The notes beneath the pieces were generated by a model. That model saw only the letters and a list, made by a program, of their open reading frames with translations, had not been told where the DNA came from and did not search any database. Shown here one piece after another: positions 10,730-20,155 of a stretch of DNA of 32,000 nt. The translations under genes were made by a program, and so were the position numbers. Numbering within the stretch: the stretch's first letter is position 1; each line of letters opens with the position of its first letter. Origin of the DNA: Ureaplasma parvum serovar 3 str. ATCC 27815 (GTDB lineage: Bacteria; Bacillota_I; Bacilli_A; Mycoplasmatales; Mycoplasmoidaceae); NCBI RefSeq assembly GCF_000019345.1, contig NC_010503.1:450001-482000 (forward strand), read 5' to 3'.

Positions 10730-12178
10730 TTATTTTTGTTTATTTTCTTTTGCTGGATCTGTTCAACTTACAACTTTTGTTCCTTCAACAGATTGTAATG
10801 TGTTTGTTGTACGATCATAGAATTCAAAATTAATTGGTGAACGAGAATTATTTGAATCGCCACGTTCAGTAGGAACAGCTTTTGGTATTGCATTGCCAAT
10901 AAGAGTTTTAAAAGAACGGTTAATATGAGAATTATTACCACCTAGAGCATATAAATTCATACCAGCAACTTTTTGAGCATCACCAGTGAAATCTTTAAAT
11001 TCGGTTTTTGTTTCATCTACTAAATCAGCTAAAAATCCTGGTAGTTTAGTATATGTTTTTCCTTTTTCTTTAACGAATGAAGCATAGTCTGGTTGAATTC
11101 CCAATGCCACACAATGATCTCATAAATTATAGAATCAGATTGCAAATTTATTATGATCATTATTAGAATTTTTTGGACGAATGTGTTTTAATGTTTGTTT
11201 TGATGGCATAGTTCAATCAAGACTAACACTTGCTAATTCACTATCACTTACCCCTAATCTTTTAGCAAGTGATTGAACTAAACGTACTGTTCCAATAGGT
11301 CCTCAAATTGAAGAATATTCAAATTGAAAATCAACTGGAATAATTTTGTTATTATTAACAGTTTTCTTAAAGAATTTTTCAAAATTTGATTTTAAAATCT
11401 CTCCATCTTCATTGCCTTCAAGATTGTTTGAGTCATAATTAAAGAAAACATAATCCGCAGTTCCATAAAAAGCTTCTTGCATTGATAGCATTCAATCATA
11501 GTCATTTTTTGACGCATTATTTTGGGATGCACCAATTCCATGTCAGTTATCAAAATATTTATCAGCATTATGGTTTTTTGGTTTAGGAAAACGTAAACCA
11601 AACCCAGGAACATTTGAATCATCTGGTTGAGAATACAATAAAGGGAATAAATCTTCTTGTTGGAAATAGTATAAATCTAATTTAGATGCATCTGAACTAT
11701 TAAAACTTTGTGTTGATTCTGCTCATAAAACAGTTGTATTATTATCTCTTAATTTTTTAATAGTTGGTAAATTAGCAACTTTTCTAACATATTCACGAAT
11801 CTTATTATTAAGTTCTTTAGCATACTCTAAAAAACTTGTTTTACCGCTATTTTTCAAAGGTTCATGTGATGTAATTTCATAACCTGCATCATCCAATGAT
11901 TTTGCAAACATTTCAAAACATTTATAAGGGTCTGTTAGTGAATTAAAAAAAGTACTACTATTATTAACATCACTTAAGATATATTTTTCACTAGATTTAG
12001 TTGCATTTTGTTTTGGAGCTTTTTTTGAAATTAACTTATTAAGTGTTGTTTTTCCTTCCTCTTTAACGTTATTGTCTTTTCTTGCACATGCTGTAGCAGC
12101 AACCGCAATACTTGAAATTAAAACAGTTGAAAAACCTACTAGCAATACTGCTAAAGATTTTTTATTTTTCTTAAACAT
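10730..12178 (-). CDS. Lipoprotein, probable substrate-binding protein of the adjacent type-II ABC importer, 482 aa
   Basis: ATG at 12178 behind GAGGA (the track starts further upstream at 12235). Signal peptide MFKKNKKSLAVLLVGFSTVLISSIAVAATAC carries a lipobox Cys. Track pieces 11723..12235, 11303..11491 and 10763..11110 are in one frame; all lines were checked for TAA/TAG. Stop is TAA at 10730-10732, 10 nt before the permease ATG. The SBP role is inferred mainly from operon position. Confidence 0.75.
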
Positions 12179-12258
12179 ATTTTTATTATCCTCATTTTTA
12201 AAATAATATTGTTTTGTTTTGACAAACAATTTCATTCTAATAGTAAAAAGAAAATATT

Positions 12259-13416
12259 CTATGATTTATATACCAAAAAATCCACTTTTTGATGTCCAAT
12301 ATTAGTTTTAGAAACAATTCCACCGCCAATGCAATGATCATTTTGGTAAAAGACAGCATATTGCCCAGGAGTAATAGCTCTAGCTGACTCATAATTTATT
12401 AGTACATTTTTGGTATTTTTAATAGGTAAAAAATCGTTTACTATTATTAAATCTTGTCGGTGACGAAAGCGTACCATAATTGGAATTTGAGGATTATATG
12501 GTTCAATAAAATTTATATTTTCAATTAATGCTTGAGTTGAAATTAAATATTGTTTTTCAAAACTTGAAGGGGCAACGTAGATTATTTTTTTATCGATATC
12601 TTTATCACAAACAAACATTCTCTCATTCATGCCACCTAGATTCAATCCTTTTCGTTGTCCAATTGTATAATACATTGTTCCTATGTGATGACCAATAATT
12701 TGATTATTGACAATATTTATAATTTGCCCTGGTTGGTTAGGAATATAATTTTGTAAAAAAGTTTTAAAATTACGTTCACCAATAAAACAAATCCCTGTTG
12801 AATCTTTCTTATTAGCTGTAATCAAACCGTGTTTTTTAGCAATAGCGCGCACCTGTAGTTTAGTTAAATGCCCAATAGGAAATAGCACATTCTGTAGTTG
12901 ATTTTGGTTTAAATTACACAAAAAATAAGTTTGATCCTTATTTGTATCAATAGCTTTTAGTAAAAAAGATGAATTCCTATCATGCTTAACTCTTGCATAA
13001 TGACCCATTGCAATATAGTCAGCTTGTAATTCATTTTTAGCATAATTTAAAAAAGAATCAAATTTAATAAATTGATTACATAAAATATCAGGATTAGGTG
13101 TACGGTTCTTTTGATATTCGCTTAAAAAATATTCAAAAACGTTATCTCAATATTCTTTAATAAATTCAACACGATATAATGGAATACCGATCTTTTGAGC
13201 AACAGCCTGAGCATCTTGGTAATCTAATTCACTCTCACAACCCTGATGCGTTTTATTAAATTCATGGTTATTTTCAAAATTTGCAATTGTATCCCAATTA
13301 CTCATAAATAAACCAATCACTTCATAGCCTTCTTGTTTTAATAATAAAGCACTAACAGAAGAATCTACGCCACCAGACAAGCCAACAACGACACGTTTTT
13401 TTACTTTAACTTCCAT
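12259..13416 (-). CDS. mnmA: tRNA-specific 2-thiouridylase MnmA (TrmU)
   Basis: PP-loop [10 protein letters not shown] at the N-terminus. Track ORFs 13147..13416 and 12259..13008 are in frame and joined by TGA. 385 aa. Confidence 0.95.
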
Positions 13417-13524
13417 AATATTTAGAAATCACCATCTTTAATTATTATAATATTATATAATTTTTTAATAGTGAATTCTTGATGCGTGAATTTATTTATA
13501 ATATTAATTTAAGAGGTATATTAA

Positions 13525-14421
13525 ATGAAAAAAGCAATTTTGATTTCCATTTCTTCATTAATTGGGATTAGTGCGATTGTCGCAACTAGTACTTTTTTGT
13601 CATTATCAGCCAAAACAAATATTTATGCAAAATTAATAAAATCAAGCGATCTTAATCAAAGTTTAAATTACACTAATTTATCAGATGCTAATATTGGAAT
13701 TAAAGAAATGCTTTTAGGTACTAATAAAATTAATAATGGAAATTATGTTTTATATATTGGAACACAATCAAACCTTGATAATTTAAATTTTGTTTATGAT
13801 AATCAAACTAACCATATTAATTCGATTAGTGATTTAAAATATAATGATAATTTGAAGTTTAATGGATCATTAGCAAAATCAATTAATAATGTCAAAAATT
13901 ATGCAGATAAAGGTGTTTATGAGCATGTCCCAGAATTCTATAGTTTTATTGATTTAATGGATACTAATGTTTTTAAACAAAAACAAGATTATGAAAATTT
14001 AATTAAACAAAATAAATCAAGCACTATTAAAGAAGATCAAAATTGAGCTAACAATGCACCAACAGATTATTCTTTTGATGTTAATAAAAAGTATAAAGAT
14101 AAAAGTGGAAGAGAAGTTTATTTTCGTAACGACACTCAAGCTGTTAAATTTCGTGAAATTTTAAATTTTTTAAAAAAATATTTATCAAAAGAAAAACTAA
14201 TTGAATTAAGTACATCACAAACTCCTGGAATTGTTTTGTTTTATTCTCAAGACAATCTTAGCAAGGGTCCACAAGTTTATGCTAGTTCAAAAATATATGA
14301 CAAATCAAAAAATGAACGTAAAGAATCATATGTTTCTGGGGACAACGTCTATAATTCATCACGTTTTGAATTTGGTGGAGATTTAAACGCTGCTATTTAT
14401 AGTGTCTATGGTAAAAAATAA
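13525..14421 (+). CDS. Signal-anchored or secreted protein of unknown function, 298 aa
   Basis: GAGG RBS. N-terminal hydrophobic signal MKKAILISISSLIGISAIVATSTFLSLSA has no lipobox Cys. Track ORFs 13525..14046 and 14236..14421 are in frame 1 and joined via TGA at 14044. Confidence 0.8.
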
Positions 14422-14525
14422 TCAAATATAAAAACTATTGGTCCTTTTTCATACTTAATTACAAGTGTTCATATTTAAAAATATTTTTAATAATTAAAAA
14501 TAAATTCAAAAAAAATAATATAAAA

Positions 14526-14565
14526 ATAAGTTTAATGTTATCAAAAAACATTAAACTTATTTTTT
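14526..14565 (+). terminator. Strong rho-independent terminator
   Basis: Perfect 14-bp stem: ataagtttaatgtt (14526-14539) with aacattaaacttat (14547-14560), 7-nt loop, T5 run. Confidence 0.85.
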
Positions 14566-14567
14566 AG

Positions 14568-14596
14568 TTGACTTTCTATATATATATATATATAAT
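14568..14596 (+). promoter_or_regulatory. Near-consensus sigma-70-type promoter: TTGACT, 17-nt spacer, TATAAT. No obvious plus-strand gene downstream.
   Basis: TTGACT at 14568-14573, a 17-nt spacer at 14574-14590 made almost entirely of TA repeats, and TATAAT at 14591-14596. Confidence 0.5.
14577..14594. repeat. (TA)9 dinucleotide microsatellite
   Basis: Nine uninterrupted TA units read directly from the sequence. Confidence 0.95.
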
Positions 14597-14651
14597 ATAA
14601 AATAATTGGATAAAGAAATGTCGTGATTTAAGAGGAATTGATTATGCAATA

Positions 14652-15458
14652 CTAGTTTTTTTGGTTTAAGATAGATTTATTAATAAAAACAAAACGAGCA
14701 CGCTCAAAATTATTAGAAGTATGATTTTTTAAAGACATTAACAGTTCATCATTATCTTTAAAAATAACTTTATAATTAATTACTTGTGGATGATATTTTG
14801 AAATTTTTATAATAATATCATTTCATCATTTGTCTTCTAAATTATTAATAACTCAAAAACCTAAAATTGTTAAACGCTTTTCTAAATCTTTAGTAATTAC
14901 GATTGTTAATCATTTATTTGATGATAAATTAAAACCATCGATAAAAATTTGATCAACATCTATATTATTTAGTTCTTGTTTTTTATTCTCTAAATAATCA
15001 AAAATTTTTAAAGCAATTTCATTACATAGTTTATCAACCATTTTGTCATTATAAATATTATAAATATCTTCTAATATTTTTTCATATTCATTTAATTGTA
15101 AATTATTGATTCCCAACGATAATAAGCGATATTCAAAATGTGAAATATCAACTTGGTATTTTGAAATAATTTTTGATTCAAAAGCTCCATTACGATCACG
15201 TGGAATATTAATTGAAACTTTTAAATCGTTCATATACAGTTGTTTTTTAGAAAAACCATTACGATAGTTTTTAGAATTACTACTTAAATAACGTTCAAAA
15301 CGTTCATAATTTAAATGATATTTCATTTCGATTGTCAATATATATTCTAAAAAGGTTCTTGTAAAAGTACTAATATAGTCATCTAGAATTGGTTTGTGCA
15401 AATACTTGTATTTTTTAACTAACTTCTCTAGAATTGTAAAAATATTCTTTTTGTCCAT
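14652..15458 (-). mobile_element. IS256-family (Mutator-type) transposase-derived ORF, 268 aa, C-terminally truncated and catalytically degenerate
   Basis: ATG at 15458 behind GGAG. Track ORF 14910..15476 extends through 4 TGA codons to TAG at 14652-14654. Family-typical YRNGFSKKQL...INIPRDRNGAFESKII and the first-D region IFIDGF are present. The QRC..H..RN region reads FERARFVFINK, and the roughly 120-aa C-terminal part carrying the catalytic E is absent. I recognised no terminal inverted repeats. Confidence 0.7.
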
Positions 15459-15517
15459 AAAAAAACTCCATTGCAAAATAACAATGTTTAAAATAGATTC
15501 ATTGTTAATTAATAATA

Positions 15518-16291
15518 TTATTTATTAACATCACTAAGATTATCTTTTGACTTAGTGTGAAATAAAATTGTTTTTCTTTCTTGTTTTGTAGCGATGCTTA
15601 AAATATTTGTTTTGTGTCGATATATTAATAAACTTGCACTAACTAATAAGAAAAACCAAACATATCAGATTCCTTTTATAACATAATTTAAATCAAAAAA
15701 ATACGTAGTGAAATTTTGATTATAGTATGGTATGTAATTAATTCCTGGAACTAATACTAAAAAACAAGTGAAAGTTGCAGTAATCATAGCAGATAAAGAC
15801 ATATATTTAGTAATTAGTAAAATGACCAATAGTGTAATGATTCCAATTAGCGCTACTATTGGATCAACTGTAATTAAAAAACCGCCATAACATGCAACTC
15901 CCTTCCCGCCTTGAAATTTAAAGAAGATTGGGTAACAATGACCAATAATGGTGAAAATACCACCAAAATAAACTAAAATGGCTTGATTAAAACCATTACT
16001 TAAATCAAATGGAGCGTCTAAAGCATATTTGTAAATAATGTAAGTTAAACTAACTGTGGTGATTGGTTTAATAATATCTAAAAAAAGCGTTAATATACCT
16101 AATTTTTTTCCGTGAACACGTATCATATTAGTCATGCCTGCATTTTTAGAAGCAAAAAGACGAACATCTTGTTTTTTAAAAACTAAGGATAAAATGATGC
16201 TTGCATTTAAACTACCAATTAAATACGAATATAAAGGAGATATGATTAATGTAAGAATATAAGCCATGACAATGTTATATACTTGATCCAT
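15518..16291 (-). CDS. plsY: Glycerol-3-phosphate acyltransferase PlsY
   Basis: Multi-TM protein with the PlsY motif FKFQGGKGVA and an N-terminal GS-x-N. Track ORF 15665..16291 extends through TGA at 15665 to TAA at 15518-15520. 257 aa. Confidence 0.9.
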
Positions 16292-16505
16292 AAAAACTCC
16301 TTTCTTTTGACTTAATTAATATCATAAGTTTTAAAACAAATAATTTTAGAAAACAAACATTTTCATATTTGTCAATATTAAATATAACACACAAGTTCAA
16401 TCTTAAATATTAAAAATAAAAATTATTTTGAGCATAAATTTCAATTATGCAATGTTTTTTGTCTATAATAATATTTAAATATTAAAGCGATAAGGATGTG
16501 ATAAC

Positions 16506-17702
16506 TTGATTAATAATAAGAAATTTATTAATAAAACATTTGATAATACTAACCAAATACGATTGCAAAATAATTTAAAAACTTATGCTCCTAAATTTTT
16601 AAATTTAATTATTATTAATAATATTTTTGTATTAATTATGATTATTAGTTTGTGTATTTTCTTTTCTGATCCACATTTTTTATATCGAAACGATGTCATT
16701 TCGAACCAATATCGCCAATTTATATTTACATATCAGCAAACAGCAATCGCAATTGTTTTATATGTTTTAGCATGATATATAATGGTGAATTTTTTCTTCT
16801 TTGGCTATTTATTAGAATATGTAAAATTAAATAAATTTGAAACATTTAATTTTGCATTAGCGTCAATTTTATTTAATCCTTATGCTTATGTTATTATTGT
16901 TAAAAATTGAACATCATGATCTTTTTACTGACAACGTAGTTTTTATCATGTATTAAGTGAAAATAATAAAATTGAATTTAATATCAAAAATTCAAAAACA
17001 ATTTTCGCTTTAGTTTTTTTAATTATTGCTATTCCTTTTATAATTTTTTCATCGATTGATTATGTCCCGAAGAATCCAGGGCGTTTGATTATTTTTAACA
17101 AAAATAGTTTAGGCGAAAAGGTTATTTACACAAACAATGTCTGATTTCATAATATGCATTATTTTACTTCTCAAGGGAATTGAATGTGTATTGGAATTGC
17201 ATTCTTATATTTTATTAATCCAAAAGCACGTTGTACAAAAAACAATCGTGTTTTATTAATTGTTTTGTCTTACATTTTAATTATTAGTTCAATTTGATTA
17301 TGTGTTTTGTTTCCAATGTTTTCACGGCAATCAACTTGAGTTTGATTTAATAATATGGTGGGTTTTTATAATCATTTAATTACTCCAATATCTTTTACAA
17401 TTTTTGCTTATTATTGTATTATCAAAAATAAATATGCAATTCACATAAAGTATTTTTATGCATGAAAAGGATTTATGTTTTATGTAGTAATTTATGCAAT
17501 GTATGCGCTATTTTTACCTCTTTTAGCAAATGTTACTGTTTATGGAGCAATTACGAATATTTGACCAAGCGCAAATGGTAATCCTATTTTTGTAACAATG
17601 TTATTCGCACTAATCGGTTATCAAATTCTTGTTTTTAGCATAAATTGAACCATATTAAAATTCATTAACAAATACAAAAATAATAAAATCTTAATTGGCT
17701 AA
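16506..17702 (+). CDS. Polytopic, Trp-rich membrane protein of unknown function, 398 aa
   Basis: TTG start 9 nt after AAGGA; TATAAT at 16464-16469. Frame 3 was checked codon by codon to TAA at 17700-17702. I counted 12 in-frame TGA codons. Only the first 89 aa appear in the track. Confidence 0.8.
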
Positions 17703-17750
17703 TTTTTTTAAATGCAATTTTATTACCATGCATTTATAGAGCATAAATAA

Positions 17751-17790
17751 AAAAAGTGAAAGCAATTTATAAAATGCTATTCACTTTTTT
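17751..17790. terminator. Bidirectional terminator between convergent genes
   Basis: aaaaagtgaaagca pairs with tgctattcactttttt (11 bp plus one bulge). A-run on the left, T-run on the right. Confidence 0.65.
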
Positions 17791-17794
17791 TATT

Positions 17795-18451
17795 TTATTT
17801 AGCAACTTTTACAACTGCAAATTTAATAACTTTATCATTATATTTAAAACCATCACTAATAACTTCAACTACATGCATTGATGGTTTGTTTGTGTTTTCA
17901 ACAACTTCAAAAACTTCCATTATTTCGTCATTTAAACTATCATTAACCTGTGGAGATATTTTTGTAATTTTTAGATTATCTAAACCATCAATCATGTTTT
18001 GAGAAAACATTTTAAACCCCTCAATGAAAGCTTGGATTTTAGGATCATCATAGTTTTGATTTACAATTTTCGTAAAATGATTAATTGCATCTAATAAAGG
18101 TTCCATTTTAAATTTGAAAATTTTAAAGACAGCATCATTTACTTTGGCTTCATGGCGTGCTTCTAGTTCATTAACTTTTTGTTCTAGAATTTGTTGTGCT
18201 TGTTTTGCTTTTGTTTCTAATTGTTTGATAAAATCTTGATTTAATTGACTAATTTGCTCTTCTAACTGTTGATTTTTATCTTTTAAAAGTGTATTGATAT
18301 TTTGTAATTCTTTATTTTTCTTTAATTCATGTTCATATAATTCTTTATATTTAAATTCTTGCTTATTATGATTTTTAGTTTCTTTTTTATCAACTTGGTT
18401 GTTAACTTTGTCATTATTTTGGTGTTTGATGTTTTCATTATTTTTGCTCAT
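17795..18451 (-). CDS. grpE: Nucleotide exchange factor GrpE
   Basis: 218 aa. N-terminal coiled-coil followed by a GrpE-like C-terminal beta domain (VVEVISDGFKYNDKVIKFAVVKVAK). Its ATG overlaps the dnaJ stop as TAATG. Confidence 0.85.
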   Translation of the reverse strand: MSKNNENIKHQNNDKVNNQVDKKETKNHNKQEFKYKELYEHELKKNKELQNINTLLKDKNQQLEEQISQLNQDFIKQLETKAKQAQQILEQKVNELEARHEAKVNDAVFKIFKFKMEPLLDAINHFTKIVNQNYDDPKIQAFIEGFKMFSQNMIDGLDNLKITKISPQVNDSLNDEIMEVFEVVENTNKPSMHVVEVISDGFKYNDKVIKFAVVKVAK

Positions 18452-19578
18452 TATTTACTAATCTCCTTTAATACTTTATTTTTATAATACTCAACATTTT
18501 GGTTTGTACGAGTAGAAATATTTTTTAAATAAGCAATTTCATCTTTGGATAATTCAACTGGCTTTGCATAACGAATTGTAGTATAAAAATCTCCATTCTT
18601 TTTACCAAAAATATTTGATTTTTTATTAACGATTCCTGATCCACTAATTCTAAATTTTTTACCTTCAGGAGTATTTGAAGGAATTTCAATGGTTTTAATA
18701 CCATTAATTGTTACTACTTCAATTATTCCTCCAACAATTGCTTTGATGGGATCAATGTAAGTTTCTGAATAAATATCTAAACCATCTAATGCAAAATACT
18801 TTGATGGTTTAACACTAATGTGTAAATAAAGATCAAATTCTTGATTATTGACAATATTACCTTTTTTGCTTACTAATAATTTTTCACCTTCTCGTGTACC
18901 TGCTGGGATTTCAACAGTTAAATTAACACGTTCATTGATAACTTTTTTACCATAACATTGTTCACATTTGCTACTAGCAACTTTACCTGTTCCTTCACAC
19001 TCATGACATTCAACTTCTTGTTGAATTGTTCCAAATAAGGAATGAACATTTTCAATGCTAGTTCCTCTACCGTGACATTTAGTGCAAATTTTGACATCTT
19101 TAGGATCTTTTGCACCTGTTCCTTGACATTTATGACACGTAATTTTACGATCATAATTAATATTTTTAGAAATACCATTAACAGCTTCCATAAAATCTAA
19201 ATGTAAACGTAAGTGAATATCATATGTTTCATATTGGTTTGATGAATTATGTGAACTAGAAGCATTATTAAAAAAACTGCCAAAAATGTCATTAATATCA
19301 AAATCAACACCACCAAATCCTCCACTAAACCCAGAAAACCCACTAGCACTGCTAAAACCTTGTGGACCATCATGGCCAAATTGGTCGTATTGTGCACGTT
19401 TTTTAGAATCAGATAAAACCTCATATGCTTCATTAATTTCTTTAAAAAGAGTATCATCAGCAGATTTATTACGATCAGGATGGTGTTCTTTTGCTAATTT
19501 ACGAAATGCCGCTTTAATCTCTTCAGGAGTTGCTGATTTACTAACACCTAAAATTTCATAATAATCACGTTTTGCCAT
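18451..19578 (-). CDS. dnaJ: Chaperone DnaJ (type I Hsp40)
   Basis: J-domain DYYEILGV...HPD, a G/F-rich linker, and four CxxCxGxG zinc-finger repeats. AGGGGGA RBS. 375 aa. Confidence 0.97.
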   Translation of the reverse strand: MAKRDYYEILGVSKSATPEEIKAAFRKLAKEHHPDRNKSADDTLFKEINEAYEVLSDSKKRAQYDQFGHDGPQGFSSASGFSGFSGGFGGVDFDINDIFGSFFNNASSSHNSSNQYETYDIHLRLHLDFMEAVNGISKNINYDRKITCHKCQGTGAKDPKDVKICTKCHGRGTSIENVHSLFGTIQQEVECHECEGTGKVASSKCEQCYGKKVINERVNLTVEIPAGTREGEKLLVSKKGNIVNNQEFDLYLHISVKPSKYFALDGLDIYSETYIDPIKAIVGGIIEVVTINGIKTIEIPSNTPEGKKFRISGSGIVNKKSNIFGKKNGDFYTTIRYAKPVELSKDEIAYLKNISTRTNQNVEYYKNKVLKEISK

Positions 19579-19619
19579 ACTTAAAACATTCCCCCTAAAT
19601 ATGATAATTACAATGATAT

Positions 19620-19669
19620 ATTATAACCTAAAATAATAAAAATTAGCAATCATCATATCTGATTGCTAA
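19620..19669 (-). promoter_or_regulatory. CIRCE-like inverted repeat overlapping the dnaJ-grpE promoter
   Basis: TTAGCAaTC-N9-GAtTGCTAA at 19643-19669, a perfect dyad with a symmetric change from consensus. On the minus strand the proximal arm supplies TTGCTA as a -35 (19649-19644), then an 18-nt spacer, then TATAAT (19625-19620). Confidence 0.7.
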
Positions 19670-19705
19670 AAATAATCATAATTAATTATGAAAAAATAGA
19701 CAACG

Positions 19706-20155
19706 TTATTCCTTTTTTTCATGATGTTCATGATGACAAGGTTTGCATAAATCCATTTTATTCATATATAAATTAATTGTTTTGTAATTTAATTTAACAT
19801 TATATTGTGTTTCAAGAATTTTTTGAATTTTACGACAACCAATATAATGCTTATGACTTTTACAAATTTTTTCAATTAAATCCATATTTCTTTTTTTAAT
19901 TGGACAAACTTGATCTATTTTTAAGTCTTCTAGTCATTTATAATAACCAGAAATTGATACATCAAACAACGGAATTAATTTCGTTAAATGCATTTGGTGG
20001 TTTTTAATCAATTCATGAATCATTTTAAATTTTTCTTTTTTTGATTCATGATGACGATAAGCATTAATTACCTTAATAATATGATTTTGTTCTCATTCTT
20101 CATAATGATTAATTCTTAATGCATTGATATCAATGTTATCGACAATTTTTGACAT
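19706..20155 (-). mobile_element. IS3-family transposase OrfB N-terminal (HTH/HTH_21-like) remnant, 149 aa, no integrase (rve/DDE) domain
   Basis: Not in the ORF track. ATG at 20155 behind GAGAGGA; phase checked to TAA at 19706-19708 (2 TGA codons). LFDVSISGYYKWL followed by IEKICKSHKHYIGCRKIQKILETQYNVKLNYKTINLYMNKMDL parallels the start of IS3 OrfB (V-x-R-S-G-Y-Y-x-W ... YG-x-RRI ... N-x-K-x-V-x-RLM). The ORF then ends in CKPCHHEHHEKKE instead of a DDE core. Confidence 0.6.

Noticed and set aside
11392-11622. Track ORF 11392..11622 (-)
   Set aside because: An alternative frame inside the lipoprotein gene. The lipoprotein frame is continuous and carries the signal peptide and lipobox.
12179-12235. 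Longer N-terminus for the lipoprotein (track start 12235); the TTG at 15476 for the IS256-like ORF; the GTG at 6247 for the DivIVA-like ORF
   Set aside because: Internal ATGs at 12178, 15458 and 6241 have properly spaced purine-rich RBSs. For the lipoprotein, the internal ATG also gives a normal-length signal peptide.
14618-14674. 18-codon plus-strand ORF (MSWFKRNWLCNTSFFGLR) downstream of the (TA)9 promoter
   Set aside because: Too short, with no RBS and no support beyond position. It is mentioned only as a possible target of the orphan promoter.
17710-17736. Hairpin aaatgca...tgcattt just after the 16506..17702 gene
   Set aside because: No T-run follows on either strand. The adjacent 17751-17790 structure is the better terminator.
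18918-19561. Track ORFs 18918..19178 (-), 19197..19457 (-) and 19286..19561 (+)
   Set aside because: Off-frame or antisense readings inside dnaJ, whose frame carries the J-domain and four zinc-finger repeats.
19712-19718. A_AAA_AAG heptamer, in the correct phase for -1 frameshifting, two codons before the stop of the IS3-like ORF
   Set aside because: The -1 frame closes after only a handful of codons (TAA), so no OrfB can be produced. The ORF matches the N-terminus of OrfB, so a genuine IS3 slippery site would lie upstream of this region, not at its end. A-runs are also common in this genome.
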